Assembly (NCBI GenBank): GCA_039586365.1
Contig: JBDHKN010000048.1
Span: 1-41,944 of the forward strand
DNA from: Gemmatimonadota bacterium
Lineage (GTDB): Bacteria > Gemmatimonadota > Gemmatimonadetes > Gemmatimonadales > GWC2-71-9
Direction: 5' to 3'
Length of the DNA stretch: 41,944 bases
Of this stretch, positions 36,928 to 41,944 are shown one piece after another. Position 1 is the stretch's first letter; each line of letters opens with the position of its first letter. The notes beneath the pieces are model-generated. The model was given only the letters and a program-made list of their open reading frames with translations. It did no database searches and had not been told where the DNA came from. A program made the position numbers and the translations under genes.

Positions 36928-37227
36928 CTAACCGGCCGTAGGCTCCTCCTCCGTGCCGCTCTTCAGCCGGGCCTGTGTCAGCAAACGCTCGGCGAAGTCA
37001 AGCCGTTCGTGCAGCTCCTCAACTTCCTTGTCACGGTCCTCCAGCGCCCGCGCGACTTCTTCCTGCACCGACTCCTTGAGCCTTCGCTCCAGCGATGCGG
37101 CGAGTTCGCTTGAATCCGACTGGGGCAGCCGGTGGACCCACATGCGCCACCCCACCAACGCCATTGCGCCTAGCACGATGCCGGTAATACCGAGGCTACC
37201 GAAGATCACAAACAGATCGGGGTCCAT
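36928..37227 (-). CDS. Small TM + coiled-coil protein with 'ELHERLDFAERLL' motif (hypothetical, PspB-like architecture)
   Basis: N-terminal hydrophobic helix followed by a charged heptad region; 99 aa from the ATG at 37227. Confidence 0.7.
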   Translation of the reverse strand: MDPDLFVIFGSLGITGIVLGAMALVGWRMWVHRLPQSDSSELAASLERRLKESVQEEVARALEDRDKEVEELHERLDFAERLLTQARLKSGTEEEPTAG

Positions 37228-37554
37228 TGCCTGCTTTCGGGTTGAGGAGTACCACAATCTATGGTTCAGTGATGAGGCATGCCAGCAAACGTGCGCCGGT
37301 TGCCGTCTAACCATATTGTGCCTGCGAGACATGGCTGCTGGTAACGCCTATCTCGTGCACCGTCTGTGAGGTGATCCGCGCGTTGTTCAGCCAGGAAACC
37401 GAGCCACCGAGCCGCATCGGCTGCCGCACCGCACGAGAGGAGCGGCATTCTTGCGATCACAGAGTGCGATTTCAAGTTGCTGTATGCCCCACTCAAGGTG
37501 CGGCCAGGGCTAGGCCGCCAGCGGTGAACCGACAACTGCACCATTCCCGGCCAA

Positions 37555-37593
37555 CTGGCCGTCTTCACACGCGAATCGTAGCTTTGAGCGAAC
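37555..37593 (+). repeat. 39-bp direct repeat, copy 1 (contains TGGCCG-17-TAGCTT promoter-like motif)
   Basis: CTGGCCGTCTTCACACGCGAATCGTAGCTTTGAGCGAAC; 36/39 identical to 38167-38205. Confidence 0.9.
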
Positions 37594-37637
37594 CCGGGGA
37601 CGCCGTTAACACCAGCCCTGCCGTCGGACCGTGACCG

Positions 37638-38096
37638 ATGCGGAATGAAGCCATCACTCTCCGCGACACACAGATCGAGGAACTCGCACGCATCTGTGAG
37701 ATGGAGCAGGGTGATGCCCGTGACTTCATCGCTCCGTACTCCCTGGAGCGACATCGCGCAGAGTTGCTCAAGCCGGACGTAGTGTACAAGTCGATCTATC
37801 ACAACGACGATCTCGTCGGCTTCTTGATTCTCGTACTCGACCCGGACGGTCATAGCGTTGAGTTTCGTCGCATTGTCGTATCCGACCCCGGGCGCGGATA
37901 CGGGAAGAGAGCAATCGCAATAGTGGCGGAGCTTTGTCGCAGTGAACTCGGTAGGGCACGCGTCTGGCTCGACGTGTTCGAAACGAATGCGCGTGCGCGA
38001 CACGTGTACGAAGAATGTGGCTATGAGCCGTTCGGTGAGTCCGAGTATCGGGGGCGGACTCTAGTCCTGTACCAGAAGACAGTACGACTACCATAA
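37638..38096 (+). CDS. GNAT-family N-acetyltransferase
   Basis: 'EFRRIVVSDPGRGYGK', 'VWLDVFETNARARHVYEECGY'. Confidence 0.9.
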   Translation: MRNEAITLRDTQIEELARICEMEQGDARDFIAPYSLERHRAELLKPDVVYKSIYHNDDLVGFLILVLDPDGHSVEFRRIVVSDPGRGYGKRAIAIVAELCRSELGRARVWLDVFETNARARHVYEECGYEPFGESEYRGRTLVLYQKTVRLP

Positions 38097-38166
38097 CGCG
38101 GCCGCTGGCCTGTTCAAGATCCAGCTCCACGTGGCGCCGGGTCCCTTGGGTATACGTGACCGGATC

Positions 38167-38205
38167 CTGGCCGTCTCCCCACGCGAATCGTAGCTTTGAG
38201 CTAAC
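38167..38205 (+). repeat. 39-bp direct repeat, copy 2
   Basis: CTGGCCGTCTCCCCACGCGAATCGTAGCTTTGAGCTAAC. Confidence 0.9.
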
Positions 38206-38357
38206 GCAGTGGGCCGTCAGTCGCTTAGCTACTGTAGCGTCCCCAGTCCGCGTCGCACAACTGCTACACTTCCGAACGCGCACAGCGGACCGTCACAGTT
38301 GAGGCCGGTCTGACGCAGTAGGGCATCCTGAGGAAGCGCACGAGCGAGTCAGAATCA

Positions 38358-39206
38358 TTGGGCATCACATTATCGCAACGGCTGCGGCAAGCGCTGGGTC
38401 CTGACTTCGAAGTGCTGGGTGAGTTGGGGCGTGGCGGCTTCGCGATGGTGTATTCCGTGCGGGATAAAAAGCACGATGACCTAATAGCCGTCAAGGTCAT
38501 GCGGCCGGATCTCATGGTGTCGGTCGCTCTGGAGCGGTTTCGGCGTGAAGCCGAGTTCGCGATGAACCTGCAGCATCCGAACATTCTTTCGGTGTTGTTC
38601 ACCGAGCATCGCCATGGCATGGCGTACTATGCGATGCCGCGAGTCGCAGGGAAGCCGCTGGACAGGCACCTCAGGGCAGGTGGGCCGCTATCGATAGCGG
38701 AGACCTCGCGCATCCTGCGCGACATTGCCCTGGGGTTGGCATACGCTCACGAACACGGGGTGGTCCACCGCGACATCAAACCGTCCAACATCATGGTGGA
38801 GCACAGCGGGAAGGCCTTGATCCTCGATTTCGGCATCGCCAAAGCACTCTCGGCCGACGGAGGGAGTATCTCTGTCAGTGGTGAGATAATCGGGTCCGCG
38901 CATTACATGAGTCCGGAGCAGGCGAGCGACAGCAAGGCGATCGACCATCGGTCCGATATCTATAGCTGGGCGGTCGTCGGCTTCGAGATGCTGGCAGGAC
39001 ACCCGCCGTTCGAGGGCAAAACAGTGCGTCAGGTCATGCACAAACAACTGAACGCCGCGGTGCCCGACGTCCGTGAGTTTAGACCGGACACTCCAGACCA
39101 GTTGGCTGAGGCGTTGTTCAAATGCATGCAGAAAGCTCCGAGTGCCAGGTGGAGCAGCATAAGAGATGCAGCAGCAGCATCAGTTGGCGTGGCCGATCGG
39201 CGGTGA
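38358..39206 (+). CDS. Hanks-type Ser/Thr protein kinase, catalytic domain only
   Basis: GRGGFA, AVKV, HRDIKPSN, DFG, YMSPEQ, SDIYS. Confidence 0.92.
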   Translation: MGITLSQRLRQALGPDFEVLGELGRGGFAMVYSVRDKKHDDLIAVKVMRPDLMVSVALERFRREAEFAMNLQHPNILSVLFTEHRHGMAYYAMPRVAGKPLDRHLRAGGPLSIAETSRILRDIALGLAYAHEHGVVHRDIKPSNIMVEHSGKALILDFGIAKALSADGGSISVSGEIIGSAHYMSPEQASDSKAIDHRSDIYSWAVVGFEMLAGHPPFEGKTVRQVMHKQLNAAVPDVREFRPDTPDQLAEALFKCMQKAPSARWSSIRDAAAASVGVADRR

Positions 39207-39419
39207 GACTCGAGCCGCTACACACGTAGAGGAATAGACTGAATCCAACCGTCTGAGTTGCACACCTGCTGTATCTGCACAACAGACCGAACACCCCACC
39301 TCACGAAGACTGTTCAGTCCTGCAGCTGTCCGGTTCGACACCCCGGTTCGCCGGGTTGACAGTGCACAATGGTGGTGATCAATTAGCCCGAGTGGGGAAG
39401 GGGAAGTCACCACGACGGG

Positions 39420-41321
39420 GTGATCCGTATGACCCCAACATCTGATTGTCCGAGCTGTCACGCTGTCATCACCCCCGGGATGCGCCACTGCGCTCAGTGC
39501 GGCCAAGATATCTCTGCCGAACAGGGACTGGTCACCACCGCGCAGCTCTCAGCTGAATCGATCTTCACCCGGAGCGCCGAAGCCGAGCTGTTGGAGTTGC
39601 TGCGGCAAGCCACTCTCGGCGAATACGATATCGCCGGTGAGCTGGGTCGTGGTGGGATGGCTATCGTCTACCTCGCACATGACATCGCACTCGATCGACA
39701 TGTAGCCATCAAGGTGATGTCCCCCACGCTGGTGGGGACTGAGGGACTGGTGGAGCGTTTCATGCGCGAAGCGCGAACCTCGGCTGCCCTCAGCCATCCC
39801 AACATCATCCCGATACACTCAGTCAAGCACAAAGGCCCGCTACTCTACTTCGTGATGAAGTTCGTGCAGGGCCGCACTCTCGACTCGATCATCAAGCACG
39901 AAGGCGCCCTGCCGACCCGGATGGTAACCGCCATCCTGTCGCAGGTAGGTGGCGCACTCGGGTACGCGCACCGGCACGGCGTGGTGCACCGGGACGTCAA
40001 GCCGGCCAACATCATGATCGACATCGAGGGTTGGGCGGTAGTGACCGACTTCGGGATTGCCAAGCCCAGTCATGCCGCCGACGAACTAACCGCGACCGGC
40101 GCCGTGGTTGGTACGCCGGCGTACATGAGCCCGGAGCAGTGCGCCGGCCAGCCGCTCACGGGCGCGTCGGACCAATACGCGCTCGGTGTAGTGGGCTACG
40201 AGATGCTCACGGGGCTGCAGCCGTTTCAGGGTTCCAGCCTCATGGAGCTGATGAAAAAGCACTTCTTTGACGAGCCCACACCCGTCGAACAGCTGCGCGA
40301 GGACTGTCCCCCGGATTTGGCCTCCGCGGTGAGTCGCATGCTCGCCAAGGAACCCGGTGACCGCTGGCCCACGCTGGAGGACATGGTGGCGGCCGTCGGG
40401 GCAGCCCCGCTCGCGGCAAACGATCCGATTCGGGTCCGCATGGTGGACCTCGCCAAGAGTGGTGAGCGCCACTTGGAGCTGTCCCAGATCAGCGCGCCCA
40501 CCAGTCCGGTGCCGCAGTCGAATGCCGGGCTGGCCCGCGCCGAACGACCGGCAGCGGTGTCTGAGACAGCGCCCTCTCCAGCGGTTACGGCTGGGGCAGC
40601 TGTCCGAAAGCCGAGATCCCGAGCAGTGAGATGGCTGGCCGCGCTGGCAGTATTGCTGCTCGTGGTCGGTGGGGGGGGATGGGTCACCCGGAACGTGCTC
40701 CTCCCCAGGCTGTCCCGCTCGGGCACCGAAACGGCCGAGCAGCTGCGGGCCGGCCCTGGTGCAACAGATCGTCCGGCTGACACCGAGCAGAGTGCTACGC
40801 CGGGCAAAGCCGAGCCGCTGCCGGTGACGACTGGATCGGTCACCGTGCGCGGCCTGCCCGCAGGGGGCGTCGTCTACCTGAACGACCAGCAGCAGCACGG
40901 GACCGAGCTGCAGCTGGAGCCGGGCGAGTATGACGTTCGGCTCGAGGCCGCGGGGTACGAGACCACCGCAACGACGGTCACGGTCCAGGCCGGCGCGAGC
41001 CTGACGCTGGAGTACTCGGGCCGGCCTACCCCGCGCCGCCCTGCGGCTGAACCGCCTGCCGCAACTCCACGCATCCCCGCTCGAGCCACGCGTGACACTG
41101 TCCCGGGGCTGCTACAGCTCGTGATCACCAACACCCGAGCCAGAGTGATCGTCGACGGCGTCACGCGGGCAGAGGGCAACCGCGTGCCGCTACAACTCGA
41201 GCCGGGACGCCACGTGCTGCGACTGGAGCGTGACGGGTTCCTGTCGCTGGATACGGTTGTCACCTTGGCCGGCGGTGACACAGTGCTCAGGCGGTTCACT
41301 CTCGTGAGGAGAACTCCGTGA
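39420..41321 (+). CDS. Ser/Thr protein kinase with N-terminal zinc ribbon, TM helix and C-terminal PEGA-like domains
   Basis: CPSC..CAQC; GRGGMA, HRDVKPAN, DFG, GTPAYMSPEQ; TM 'WLAALAVLLLVVGGGGW'; 'LEPGEYDVRLEAAGY' and 'LEPGRHVLRLERDGF'. Confidence 0.92.
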   Translation: MIRMTPTSDCPSCHAVITPGMRHCAQCGQDISAEQGLVTTAQLSAESIFTRSAEAELLELLRQATLGEYDIAGELGRGGMAIVYLAHDIALDRHVAIKVMSPTLVGTEGLVERFMREARTSAALSHPNIIPIHSVKHKGPLLYFVMKFVQGRTLDSIIKHEGALPTRMVTAILSQVGGALGYAHRHGVVHRDVKPANIMIDIEGWAVVTDFGIAKPSHAADELTATGAVVGTPAYMSPEQCAGQPLTGASDQYALGVVGYEMLTGLQPFQGSSLMELMKKHFFDEPTPVEQLREDCPPDLASAVSRMLAKEPGDRWPTLEDMVAAVGAAPLAANDPIRVRMVDLAKSGERHLELSQISAPTSPVPQSNAGLARAERPAAVSETAPSPAVTAGAAVRKPRSRAVRWLAALAVLLLVVGGGGWVTRNVLLPRLSRSGTETAEQLRAGPGATDRPADTEQSATPGKAEPLPVTTGSVTVRGLPAGGVVYLNDQQQHGTELQLEPGEYDVRLEAAGYETTATTVTVQAGASLTLEYSGRPTPRRPAAEPPAATPRIPARATRDTVPGLLQLVITNTRARVIVDGVTRAEGNRVPLQLEPGRHVLRLERDGFLSLDTVVTLAGGDTVLRRFTLVRRTP

Positions 41322-41944
41322 ATCCGCGCTATGGAATGCTGATCGCCGTGTGGGTGAGCACTATCACCTTCGCGTCAGCCGTATCCCCGCCGGCCCAGGC
41401 TCAACAGACCAGGGAAGAGATCATTCGAGCCGCGTTAGAGGAGTTCGATGTAGATCGAGCGTTTGCGGGCCTCAGAGCCGGCGTGGATCCCAACCTGGGA
41501 CCACCCGACAGCCTGTGGGCGGTGGGCGTCATGCGCCTAGCCGAGATACTGTGGGAGCGCGACCAGACGGAAGAGGCGGCAACCTGGCTGCGCTGGGCGA
41601 TCCGGCTGTGGCCCGAGATGCCGGTCGACAGCGTGGCTCTGCTGTACGATATCGTAGCCGCGCACGGTCGGGCCAAGCAATTCGTTGGTCCCGCGTCCGC
41701 GGCCGATTCGGCGACTCACACGACCTGGGATCGACGTAGTTGGGTTGGGGCGGCTACTCCCGGGGCAGACCCGCGCCCTGCGTCCCGGCAGCTACGACAT
41801 AACCGCCACACGAGTGGGGTACGACAGCGTCCGCGTGACGAGGGAGATCCTGCCCGGCGTCGCCACCGTGCTGCGGTTCGAGCTGAGCCCAACAGTGGTA
41901 GCGATCGAGCCGCAAGCGGTGCCCGGCCCCCCAGCCCTGGATGA
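41318..41944 (+). pseudogene. Secreted helical + PEGA-like protein, frameshifted at ~41729 and 3'-partial
   Basis: Signal peptide (AQA-Q) and GTGA overlap with the kinase. After ~41729 the +1 frame reads IDVVGLGRLLPGQTRALRPGSYDITATRVGYDSVRVTREILPGVATVLRFEL and stays open to the window end. Confidence 0.65.

Noticed and set aside
37555..38205. CRISPR array from the 39-bp repeats
   Set aside because: Only two copies, separated by 573 bp that contain a gene; no cas genes in the window.
39356..39385. Sigma70 promoter before the second kinase
   Set aside because: TTGACA is present, but there is no convincing -10 hexamer at 16-18 bp spacing.

Overview
A GC-rich bacterial window. The gene repertoire (ADOP permease/PadR pairs, PD40 and 6-bladed beta-propellers, Hanks-type kinases with PEGA domains, an 'ERLDFAERLL' small membrane protein) suggests Gemmatimonadota; this is inference only. 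It is a variable region with about 27 apparently intact genes: an ECF sigma/FecR/TonB-dependent transducer trio, two PorT-like barrel + beta-lactamase-family hydrolase pairs, two PadR-ADOP operons, several enzymes (SDRs, 5'-nucleotidase, dipeptidase, PhzF, amidohydrolase, atypical transketolase), TauE, a DUF4258/YgiT toxin-antitoxin-like pair, MarR-DoxX, a GNAT and a tandem Ser/Thr kinase locus. No intact tRNA, rRNA, CRISPR array, integrase or transposase was found. The most unusual signals are non-coding or decayed: (i) a three-copy ~150-200 bp hairpin repeat with a compensatory substitution and degenerate integron attC-like ends, plus other attC-like relics; (ii) a GNAT gene bracketed by 39-bp direct repeats that contain a promoter-like motif; (iii) a decayed tRNA-Pro(GGG) att-like scar with arm-type repeats; and (iv) many genes hit by internal deletions or truncations (SDR duplicate, Uma2, a collapsed third PadR/ADOP operon, FecR, a PEGA protein, cupin and MocR stubs). 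All calls come from reading the sequence by eye; no database searches were run.
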